Origin: Ascidiella aspersa
Taxonomy: Eukaryota
DNA: 64,000 nucleotides
Assembly: GCA_963924565.1 (NCBI GenBank)
Contig: OZ004613.1
Location: forward strand, 13,268,001 to 13,332,000
Reading direction: 5' to 3'
Position numbers and translations under genes: made by a program. Positions 12,476 through 24,674 of this stretch are shown here, in pieces. Each line of letters starts with the position of its first letter. The stretch's first letter is position 1. The notes below the pieces were generated by a model. That model did no database searches. It was not told the DNA's origin and saw only the letters and a program-made list of their open reading frames with translations.

Positions 12476-15400
12476 CTAAAACGAGACGTTGTAGCACCTT
12501 TCAAGAGTGTTCAGGTCAACCGTGAGTGGCTTGATCTTATTTAAGATTTGTTTAGGCGGAGGGCATGGTGGTGGCGTTAATCTGAAAATAAAAATTAGAG
12601 TAAAACTTTGTTAGGTCAAGGTACAAAGACGATCACTTGAGTTAACCATGTCAATCAATAATTATTTTTGTATTTAGGATTTGTATACCGGGATGATATA
12701 GAAGTTATTCTGATGAGTTGATTTATTCATTTGCCAACAAAACGAAAAATTATTTTGGGTAAAATCAGAAATAAGAACTAAAGGCTTCTTACATATTTCC
12801 TAACAAAAAGCACAAATAAATGTTACCCGTTGATCCTGTATTGATTTTCGCAAGGATTGAAAGCTTTGTTGTACTTAGTGCATGGACAAGAACATGTAAA
12901 ATGATTGGTTGGACACGTCGGAATCTGAATAGTTGAAACCACAAAGACGTTTAATCAATTATTCGTAGCCTACATATAAATTAGTCGTATATGTTCTCCA
13001 AAAATATGCGATGTTCAATTGTTATTGCATAATACAGTTTGCAGAAAAAAATTTGCTGCCGTTCTAAAGAACACTTACAAATGAATTGTGCCTGCAATAG
13101 CAGTCTGGAGTCATAAAGTTAGAGCACAGCTTAGAAGTTTTGTCCACCATAATGAGAAGTGCATTAGTGCCTTTTACGGGTTTAACTTCGAAATGAAAGC
13201 ACTCTGGGTAAAACGTTCGGCCACTGAACGAGCTTTGATTGGCAGAAATCTTGAATAAAATAAACAGAAGTTTATTGAAGACCCATGGGTATAAAATGCT
13301 AAAAAACTACAAAAAACTAAGTCCTTTTAAAATGGTTCAGTATGCAATAGTTTGGGTTGCTAAGCTGAACAGCCTTTGCATACTTCTAAAAATATGATTA
13401 ACACTGTTTACCGTGAAGGTTTTTTGAATGAAACCTTTCTCAATATTAGAGCATTGAGCCGGCTTCAAAATGTTGGCGGCGAATAAGGCGGCGGCCAGGT
13501 TTTTGTCCTCTGCAGCGATATGTCTGTTAAATGCTGTTTCAGGAGCTTTCAGGAAAGAAGGCGAAGCAATCACGAATCCGGAGTGATCAATCACCAAACA
13601 ACTGCGGCGTTATTAATATGGACTCAAAGTTACATGTTAAAGTTATGATTTGACGAGAATGAAGGACTGTACTTACGAGTATCGGCTTGTGTCGTTGCAA
13701 AATGGATAGAGCTCGGTAAGGATTTCAAAGAAGTATGACGTCACAATTTCAACTCCCATAGCGCCAAACATCTTATTCTTAACTGGATCTCGGATACCAC
13801 CAGGGCTATTTTCATCGGTTGTATACATACATGAACGAAAAACTGATCAAAACTTTTTCACGTATTTTTGCTTTAGATTTAGTGGTTGTTTGTTGTTTTC
13901 AGAATTCGTTTCTATACCTTTTGTCGCGGCAACCAAGATACTAAGCATAACTTTAACAGCAATACTTGACGGCCAAATTTGTCTGGACTTTAGTAAGTAA
14001 GGTCAAAGTAAGCAAAACACAAAGTATATAACAGAATAATCGATTTGGAATTTAATTAATATATTATGTACTGCCTACTAAATTTTCTCAAATTCAGAGA
14101 ATTTTGTTCAGAACCAATAAGAATATGACTCCTGTTGGTGACCAACACTGGTTTAGAAAATTTATACGATTTAACTCAATTCTATGATTGGGCATTCAAC
14201 AGTTGATGTGTAATATTCGTATATAGAGTGCCTTTCTTAAGAGTCCTTGTGTTAAAAAAATTGTGTGCAAGTACTGTAATTTGCGTTATACTTATTTACC
14301 TTCCTTCGAGAAGAGCTCTGCAAAAAGACATCACACTCAGTCCGCTCAACGCGTCACGGTACGGTGGCGTCATGACGTACTTGTCACGGTTTGCCTGCGT
14401 AGTTTCGTACCTGTATTTAAAAGATATGAAGCTGAATTTAGATAATAATTTCCTCTTACAAAACCAGTCGCGTTCAATTTCTCTTTCAGAATTGTAACTG
14501 TTTACTAAATATTTCTTAGTAATTCAGATAGATGAAGATATAATGTTTTAAGCCTAATATTAAAACACAGGCAAATAGTCCAATTCGACATAGCATAACT
14601 TAAAACTATAAGAAATCAGGATCGTTTGGCATAGAATAAATCAATAAAATGTACTGATGTTTCAACCCACCAAGATCGCGTGGTTGGGTGAAAATTGTTC
14701 GGCAACCGAGTCGGAGCATATGTTTGATAAAGTGGGCTTGGGTGTAATCTCAACGTTCACAGTAAATTAATAAGTGTACTTTGACAAGCAAACTTGCAAC
14801 AAAGTGACACTTGTAAATATTGTTTAGACTTTCCTCAAATTAAGAGACTGTTGATGCCTTATTTTGAGGCCAAATATATTTCTCTTTTAAATGATTAGAA
14901 CTTAATAATGACTGACTTAGACCAAGACAGAAAAGTCTGAAGAAGATTGGCTCCCGTATAAAGTCAATGTCACCATTTACATGTACGGGCAGAAGATTTC
15001 TTTATTTTTTACACATTTAGTTTTTCACAATGACACTTTGTTTTCTAAAAGTCTTTAGATTATTGGAGAAAATTACGCCTTCTCACCAGGATCGCATGGT
15101 TGGATCAAAATTGCTCGGCAACTGAGTTCCCGGAAAGATGCGCATTACGCCTTTCTTTGTCGCTATGTATCTCCAGAAGACGTTTTCAGTCAAATCGTTA
15201 TGTTCGACCTTCTTCCAAAGTTCCTCCGCTTTAAGAGTTGCAACAACTTCGTTTTTTACGCCAACCTGACAAGAGACAATTTATCAAGAGCATCCTATGT
15301 AATAAATAATAGTATAACAGCGTTAATAGCCCTCTGACGAAAAGTATTTATGACGGGTTAACCACTAACTTGGCCAAAAACTGTGATATAAACTAAATAT

Positions 15401-18400
15401 TTCATTTTACCTTTAAAAAAGTATCTAAAAAATAAAAACACTCCATACCTTTAACACGGTTTTTGTTGTTTTTCCTTCAAAGTAACTTGTTATTTGTCTT
15501 ACGTCATTCACGGTCTCAGGAACAGAAATATATTGCTCAGGGTCTTTGAAGGCCCTCGCTGCCAGAGCAACTGAACTTCTATCTATGAACAGAGAGAAAA
15601 CTAAAAAACGTTTACATAACCCCATCCAAGTTATGTGCCCTATCATTATTTTAAAATAGTTTTTTCAAGTACGGAAATTTGGTTTTGTATGTTAGACCAA
15701 TGGCTAAACATCCAAGAAGCAAACCTAAAAAGTAATTTCAGTAAATAAATAATGGGGTACTTTGCTTTTGCTAATGATGACTGTATTTAAGTTATCCAGA
15801 GCTGTGAGAATAAATTCGTTTTTTACATATTTGGAAACAAAACATCGAAGTTTATGCCAAACGCGCAGTATTTCTACAACGGAGTAAACAACATTTCACT
15901 GTATAGACGAATTAGGTAGAAAGCATTCTTCTGATCCCAACGTCTCTCGATATATTCGCAATTAGTTTATGTTGGTCATTGAACGAACTTTTTGAGCACA
16001 AAGTCTTTCCATGAAAACACAATTGCTTAGGATGAACCAGATCAAGTCGATGATATAGAAAGGAATCTGAGGGAAGAGAGCCGAGATTTTGAAGCAAGAC
16101 TTGTTGATCGTTGTCAGCCAAAACCAGGCAAAGCGAAAATTCAGTTCCCGGAATCTTAAAACATAATTAGGATTACATAATTTTTTTGATTTTTTTTTCT
16201 TTACTTCGTCAACATGAAGAAAAAGTGATATAAATCACGGCCGAAAAACGAAAAGACTGGAAATTGTTGAATTTGTACACGATCTTGTTTTGGTCAATTT
16301 TGCCGTAGTTTATAATCAACGCTAAAAATACGTTATCGGATTGAACGTTACGTATTTTAATACAGTAAATAAAACACTTTCGAACCCAAACAGAAAGATT
16401 TACAAACCTGTTTCCAGTAGTAGGTGGATTGCACTCGAACCTTCCTCACCGGATAATTTGTGCTGTCGCCTTGGGGAAGTATTCGGGTGGACATGAAGGT
16501 TTTGCTCCCCGATTCACCCCTAAAATAAAGTTTAATTTATAATCGAATTAAACATTTAAAGGGCTTTGCTTTGAAGTATTTAGTTTGAAAATTTGACTGC
16601 GATAAAATAACTTGAGAAAAACAATTAAGTAAACGAAATAGTTAATCATGTACCGTTTCATTGAAGCATAAACAGAAAGGAATTGCGGATCCGACTCAAA
16701 TGCGGTTACGTCGACAAACAATGGTTCGCTTGTGATCACCGTGGAAAATAGAGGGTGAGCAATTAATAAACCTGAAATTTAAAGCCACAGAACATACTGA
16801 AAATTTGTGTCACCTGTTTAATCTTTTATCTTAGACTAATATTTTATGCTATTTACTATAAAGATTTTTTAATTCAGATGGAGTTTAAATTCTTTGTCTA
16901 TGCTATAGTTTACACAGTAGGATCGAGAAAATATACCCTCTAAAAGTTTTTACTTTAAGGTAGGTAATCTGTGACAACATATTCTTTATATGTTAAGGTT
17001 CTGTAGAAATTGACATGCCGGTAAGCATCTAGCTATTACATCTGGTAGAATTTATCTCCATATGCTGTAATGTACAGTTCACCTTTTTGATTGATAACGA
17101 AAGAGTAGGAGAGTTCAGTTGGCCTAAAAAAGATTGATTCGGACAACATTTCCTCGATGCCTATATCAACTGCAGCAACTCCTACTAGTCTATTTGTATA
17201 AACCGGTAAAGCTGCCGTGATCACGGTACCTGGTAAAAAATGGATTATCCACTATCCGGTTAACAATTAACACGTGAATTAAACGAATAACAGCTATTTA
17301 CTATCGCATTTGCTTAGTTTTACATTGCATTACTCCGCACGAAATCTACTCAACAATGGGTAAGCAGATTCGTGCGGTAGATTTTTTTTTAGTTTTATTC
17401 TGTAACACCCCTGCACGAAAATTTTTGTATAACAGAAGTTTCACAAAATTATAAAGCAAATCTACCACCTTGTCCCCAGCCATCTAAATAAGGCACTGTC
17501 CAAACAGGCTCCGCAAAGCCTTGTCCTTCAACTGAATAGAAATTGTAATATGATCCCATTTGATTTCGCAAATTTGAAGGCGTTCGAATGCCTGTGAAGA
17601 TCCCCTTCTGTAGGAGTTTTCAAATAAAATCGTTGAACTCCCAAAGTTTTGGATAAATATAATTAATAAACATTTTAATTTTAAAATGCAAATAAAGGCC
17701 AAAATAGACGAACAACTTTTTGATAAAATTATTTTTTCACACACGTTGTTTTTTTAATTTGTTTTTAACAACACAAACTAGATGAAGCAATAGTATGACA
17801 AGATATTTTAAGTAAACTGCCCAAAAAGTATAGCGTTCGGAAGACCAATTTTATTATTTATTAGAAAACAAAAATGTAAAGAACATATCGATTTTGAAAG
17901 AGAACGGTCGTTGCTAAAATTAGGAAAAATAGGTGGTTTACGTCAAAAATACCACATTTTGGCATTTAGAACTATTAAAACTGATAAGGTAACAGCGAAC
18001 ACTTTAAATATCAGTAAAAAATAAATCCACAAAAAATGTAGCTTTAAATATAATAACAATCTTTAAGTTCTGGACGTAACTTTATTGGAGGAACAAATCG
18101 ATACACTCCCACTTTGAGAATTTTGTTAAGTTTTAGGTTCAGCAGACGTTTGGGGTTGTGGTATTAGGCTACGTAATAATGAATTTAATTATCCCACGTT
18201 AGTATTCTTTGCCATGATTTATCTTTACTAGTTTGTTTTATCGCTATAGTTTGATCGGACAATCGACTACAAATAAGCTAATTAAGCGCTTTAAGCTGTA
18301 ATTTGCTTTTGTACCAAAACAGTGCTGGGTTATGTTAATTTTCTGTATAACTTTATATATTATCCTGTTTGTACTATATTCGCCTTAGTATATGTATTTC

Positions 18401-21400
18401 CTTATCCTTAATTTTTTCGAAGTCGGCTAACACAAAAATTGTTCTCACCAGATGTAGGTTTTGTTGTACCATAGCCTGTTTAACACGTTAAACATTTTGT
18501 CAGGCGACAGAATCGTTTTCTGTATAAGTCTTACCTTGTGTTCGGGACCAACCTCTGCTTCTGTCATTCGCGCCATATTATACAAAATGGTCGGATCTGA
18601 AAAAGAATGGGAGTATGGCACTGTTATCTTCCATTAGGCACTGATTTTAAATAAGCAGTTTCCACACGGTTGATATTTAAAACACATTAAGAGTTTTGCC
18701 TTATGGTATGTGTAGGCGTAGCCACAATTTACCAAACAGGATTTATTAAAGCTCCTTGGGTGCCGTTTTCTCATTTTTATCGTGCCTTTTTAATCGGTTC
18801 TATAGTGCGGTATTTGTGCGGCGGCAGACGACCGGACGGCGGTCGTGTAATAAATGTCATCGCCTTACTGGTCACCCCGAAACTCTTACAAATCACATTT
18901 GTAACAAGGTAAGTAATGCACGTAGATGACGGGATTTAAAAGCTGGTTATTTGAAAATGTTAACATTGGACTGTAAACCGTTGCACGTGGTTACAGCAGG
19001 CCGAAGCAAATTTCTCTCTGAAACGAATAATTTATAATGATACTACTTCGTCGTTTCGGAAAACTTCACAAATAAAATAAAGCTATTTGCTTGTACCACA
19101 GTAGCATTCGTAAAACGATCAACAACATATATCCCCTTCACATATGACGTGCACGATAAAGTCGGCGACCTGAAGTTTTTGAAAAACCTTAGGGCTACAA
19201 TTTTCTTTTTTTTTGCTACAATTTTCTGGTCCACGGAAGTATTGAATTGAGCCAGCGGCGAGATGAATAATAAGGATCTTATTTGTTGACAGCAAATGAA
19301 AGTACCATCTTTGAGGAGCTGCATGATATCCTTATAGCGCAGCACTCAATATTTTTTGGACGCAAATTTTACATTGTCACTAGTATGGACACATCGTCAC
19401 AAGCGCCTTCAGGGTTGAACACAATAACAAATGGTAAAACACATTAATAAATCTGAAACGCAACAGTGACATACTAATAGAGTTTTTCAGACTTGCAGTC
19501 CAAAATTTACTGGAAGCACACTTTGACATGTGGAGCACCACATACTAAAATCTGAACTTTGCAATATGTTTGATATGAAAATCAGTTGGCGTTCTTCAAG
19601 CTGTTGATCGTCATTACATTCATCTGGTGGACGGGGCCTTTGTAAGGATTTTCGTCGACTTAAATCCTTCCCAGAACCCAGTATACACGAGATAGCCGGA
19701 TTGGTCATTTGAAGATATTTATGCGCTTTTGTCTGGTGGAAATATATTGTCAACAAATAAACTAGTGCTCGGCTATCATCAACTTACAGGGACAAAAAGA
19801 GTTCTAAAAACAGCAATCAAAGCGTCCATCGGTTTTTTGAATTTATAAGCATTTTCGAGCTCAAAATACATTTCAGCGACTCATGAATACGGTTTGGGAA
19901 GACCTTATATTCGTCGTCTTTTATATTGATATAATAATAGTGACTAGCTCGTCTATCCTAATACACAGAAAATTTGCAACAACTGTTTCTCCGTGCAACA
20001 TTAGTTAGTGAATATGGCAAACAAATACATGTTCGGAATTCCATAATTTGACTTTCAAAGACATCAACAAGAAGGAAACAGCATTACTTTCTCTAAGTGT
20101 AAAAATTGTTTATCTAGAAATCTTTGTACGTTGTTCAAGGACTGCACGAATTTGTAATAATGATCATTTTTATCATCGCTTTATATTTTCACATGTCAAC
20201 GTTATGACAACATTTTATGAAGCGCAAACGATTGAAACCCTCCCAAAACACCCTTGCTTGGAGCGCTCCAGTGTAATGCGCATTTTGCAGCCATGCACGC
20301 TCTCGCCAATGCTTTTTCGGTAATAAACCCTCGGGCTAGTTCGGAAGCAGCACTTACAGTGGCTGTACCGAAAATAAGTTATTGGTAGCGTTCTGCAACA
20401 GCATGTTGGTGGAGTTTTAAAACCGAAGAATTTTAGTGGAGTTTTAAAACCGAAGAAATTCAATTCCTGCCATCTTGATGGCCGACATGTTCGGGAACAT
20501 TTCCGAACGGCGTAGGTTTACAGCATTTACCGACCACAAACCTTTAACGCGAAAACGGCATATTTTTACAAATGCCAACTCAAGTACGGATGCAGCCTAC
20601 AGCACATCGCAGAAAGAAAACAAATTTGTGGCAGATGCACTTAGATCTTAATCAAACAATAAATTACATCACATCGACTACGAATCGCGAGCCGCAGCGC
20701 TCCAATACTTAGAGCTTAAAGACGTGTCCGCTCGAAATCCCGGCTCCAAACCAAAGATTATTGGCACTGCAAGATTTTCGACTTATCTGAACTCAAAAGC
20801 GATATTAATACACTTGCAGATATATGCCCCCCGTCCCATGACATGAGCTTTTAAAATCATTGTAACAAAAAATGTAGCAAATGACATTGGGGGTTGCTGA
20901 TACTAATAAAATAACTAAACGAATAAATACTAATAAAAGTTTATTGCTTGGTGTGTGGCAAGTACGACAAAATGTTTCAAAAAAGAATACATGGAAGGTG
21001 ATAAATCTACACATTTATAACCTTTGTATTGTTGTTGTATTACTGAGAGTTGTTTTGTAGGAGAACAACTAATAATGGGAAACAAAGTTGAGAAAAAACA
21101 AATTGTCATACCAAAGCTATTTCCAAGACCGTATGTCAGTATCAGAACTGAATTGTTGGCATTTCTTGTGGTAATGGTGTTGTAAATATCCTGAACCGCA
21201 TTATTTGGTTGGCCGTCCGACATAAACAGTATGACTTTATCCGCTGCGAAAAAGACGTTTTAAACGCAAGAGACTGAAATGTGAAGAATATCTATATTTC
21301 GTATAACAAGATGTCAACAATATTTGCGCTAAAATATTTTAAAAATAAATGTCTTTTAAAAGTAAACTTACCCTTTTTAATGCTTTTGCCAAACTCAAAA

Positions 21401-24400
21401 AAATCGAATGCTGCGTTTAGTGCAACGAGGTAGTTAGTTCCACCTAAAATGTTGTGCAATACAAAGATTTTATCGTCGACAATTCAAAAATCTTTAAACC
21501 AGGCGACACTTATAAATGTAAATTACATTTGGACAGTTACTTTAACCTAATGAAGCAGGGTTGTGTCATGTTTTAAATTGTCTTTAAATAACGCTAGCAG
21601 ATTTACGTTTTATTTAAATAATTTGTTGTACAATATTTCAATTTCCCAGCTATGTTATTTTACTTAATATTAGCCAAACAAGTTATGTGGTAGGCCTACA
21701 CTAAAACGTATACAAATTCTTTAATAAAATGTTTTAGGATCCTTTACCGAAAAGGCTTCTATTGAACAAAACGAACTTTAAAAAATGGGATACGAGCCAC
21801 AAACGAAGGCCCATGTATAAAGTTACTGTGAAGTTCAAATTATCGCATAGCGTTTTACTTTTAAGCAGGGTGAATTTATTATTATCGTTCATGATATGCC
21901 GTGTGTCATGCGAGGAAGAAAATGGTGAATAAAACACATCGAAAATAAATAAGTTCCATTTATACCCACTTGTGTTGGACAATCATGTATTATAAACGCG
22001 AAACAATATGGAAACAATGTCACCGGAAAAAACTAAAGATCTGTTTTTAGTTTGATTAAAACTTACCAATGGCGTATATTGTATCGATATGTTCTTTCAC
22101 CCTTTTTTTGTTTTGTGGGGTGGCCTGGGCGAAGGTCGACTTGAAGCAGGTGCCGTTGGGAATGCGGTTGTCCGTAAACAATGCTGCATTAGTGGAAAAC
22201 GCGACCAATGCAAACTTAAAACAAAGTAAAAAGAATGAAACAAAATTTACGTCTAAGGAGATATTTCGATCAATCCGGAACACTAACGTATTTTTTTATT
22301 AAAGAGTTTCAGTGGTTTTCTTTCTAATTAGGGCAAACTAACTGTACAAACATTATATCTATATAATAAACAAAAGTGTTGTCGTACAAGGCCGTCTTAG
22401 TAACAACGTGTTTTAGCAAAAACTTCACATTAAACCGTACTTCGTCATAAGAGTTGAGGGTGTCAATCACTGTTTTTGTCGCTCTTCTTGCATGCTCCAT
22501 AAACGTTATTCTACCAAACCGCTGGTTCATCGAACCACTCTTATCTAAAACGATCACAACTTGTTTGGGCTTGGGGGCAATGGCCTGCACGTACCAGGAC
22601 CTGAAAGTTGAAGGATAAAATTGTTCTTGTTTTATCTTGAAATATTGTATTTATTCTGCTAATAAGTTAATACTTGCTTGAAGTATATTGTAAAGCAAGT
22701 GGATGTAGGGATCAAATGAAATTAAATTTAAATAAAAAACTAGAGCTCTCCAATCTTTCCAATTATATTAGAAGTAACATTACCAAACTATAAATAACTG
22801 CTAATCACTTACATTCGTTTTGATAAGTTATATATGCTTTTAAGAAAGTGGATGGCAAATAATTGTACGCAACAATTAGCTCTTTCTTTAATTTACCAGT
22901 ATGAACCAAATCGTGGCTCGACGAAGAAATTAAATATTTAGAGAGTATTATATTTGCTCGCGACCGATTACAACGAATTACTGGAAACATTTACAAGTTT
23001 TTCCTACTTTACAATCAAATTGACTGTATATAGGCCTACAAAGAAAAACATGGATCCTTATACCTGAAGCGGTTATCGTAGTTTCCACAATTCGTCACTT
23101 TGGTGGCGGGAAATTGTGTTGTGACGCCCTGCTCACTTCCGAAATACTGCCACTTCATGGAAGGGACGCTGGCTAGATTGTCCATGCAAGCTCTGCTGAA
23201 ACCACTTTGCAATCTAGTGGACGAGCTCGGTGCGTTGGACGAAATCAACTCACAAACTTGAGAAGTCGAAACCTGAAATACAGAATGATGTTGTTCCCAA
23301 ACTACAACTATAGCCTTCGTTGCGACTCACGACTGTCAAGTTTGCTGTAAAAAAAAACGATTTAGACTATTACAAATTATCTTATAACTTTTGAATAATT
23401 TCGATAAATAGAATTACACCTAAAATAACATGGAAAAGTGTTAAAGGAACCCACATATGATATACAGTACAATAGTTTATCTCATTCAAGATCAGGTACT
23501 TACATTTCGTCGAAACTTAGGGTTGTATTCCAGTTTTCCTAAAGGAATTTGGCAACATTGATACTCATCCGATGTCAAACCAGAGAACGATTCCTGTACA
23601 GCTTTTTCCAAATTCCTTAGCGCCTTTGTCAGTCTTTGAAATTTTTTCCTCAATGCGTTACTCATCTTAAATATATTTCCAAGTTAATAAGTTGTTGAAT
23701 ATAGTTGTTGCTCTATGTGAAGTTAACATTACGAAATTGCGCAAACCAAATGTTTAGAAATGATTTAATTATTCCTTTTTTCCAAGAGATATCTGCCAAG
23801 TTTGGCGTTTTGCGCTCGATTTTGGCTTCGCATTAGATGAAGGCGCGTGACCCAACTACTTAAAAAGTACGTCGCTTCGAACAGTTTGTTAAACCGTAAC
23901 AAAAAAGAACAAAAACAATAATATCACTTAAAAAAAGGAGGGTAAGAACCCCTCAACCCTCCCTGGATACGCCACTGGGGGCAATGGATAATATATAAAT
24001 TTTAACCTCCATTGGTAATACATACTACACTTAAAAAATAATACTAATAGTCGCATTTTAAAATTCCAGGGGAGGGAACGAGATCTGCTTATGCTGCTCG
24101 ACTAGACTTGATATACCCTACATAGGTCTCAGGGTTGGATAAAGCCTACTTGATTTGGCATGCACTTACTGTGTCCAGCAATTCAACACCCTGTAAATCA
24201 TAACGACTGTAGTTCAGAGTATCCATATAATCCTGAAAAAATAAAAACATACTAAAGATTTGCGACGCGAATATGACAGATGCAAGGCTGAATCTCTTCA
24301 GGATACACTTACCTTTAAAGCCATGTTTCATTATAAACTTGAACTGTAATGCGTATGCTATTGCAAGCTACAAAAACCTAATCAAGCCAGCCACTGATCG

Positions 24401-24674
24401 CAGGTCTAAGCGTGAAGAAAATATTGAACTGATTTGGCTCACAGAGCATATTTACCTGCCTTTTGTTTTGATGCTTTGAGCAAGCGTACTGATTACTTTA
24501 GTTTCGAAATCAAGTGTAACTTACCTGCATTTCCTTGTACTTCAGCGAACGTTCAGTCAATTCCTTGACCTTGTTAGCTAGCAGATTCGAATCGGCTCGG
24601 GATATTAAGGAGGAAGAACAGACGAATCCACTTAAAAAACAAACTAACAATGTAACTTGCACTTTCCTGATCAT
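12476..24674 (-). CDS. CACHD1-like: Gene A: VWFA and cache domain-containing (CACHD1/alpha2delta-like) protein, ~985 aa, no TM as written (predicted secreted)
   Basis: 22 GT-AG exons in consistent phase: 24674-24525, 24232-24170, 23665-23504, 23272-23064, 22600-22441, 22214-22067, 21443-21372, 21243-21112, 18596-18535, 17607-17469, 17229-17083, 16771-16654, 16519-16408, 16154-15989, 15582-15449, 15265-15087, 14410-14300, 13805-13677, 13601-13412, 13249-13079, 12924-12827, 12581-12476 (2958 nt). Signal peptide MIRKVQVTLLVCFLSGFVCS, WQYFGSEQG, YDNRFRSWY, MIDAS DKSGS..GGT..SDG, PYLDGWG, FDPTMRSWY, CSCPC. Confidence 0.88.
18869..20790 (+). mobile_element. Decayed Ty3/Gypsy LTR-retrotransposon internal region in gene A intron 8 (antisense to A)
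   Basis: Ordered motif relics: HVEHHI (19527-19544), RT-like GGRGLCKDFRRLK (19626-19664), RNase H FTAFTDHKPLT (20517-20549), VADALR (20628-20645). PBS-like TGGTCACCCCGA at 18869, just after an AATAAA. Confidence 0.65.

Noticed and set aside
19043-21014. ORFs repeated almost identically at 47936-49557, suggesting conserved small genes
   Set aside because: Identity is explained by the recent segmental duplication; they are off-frame or antisense readings of the Gypsy relic and intron.
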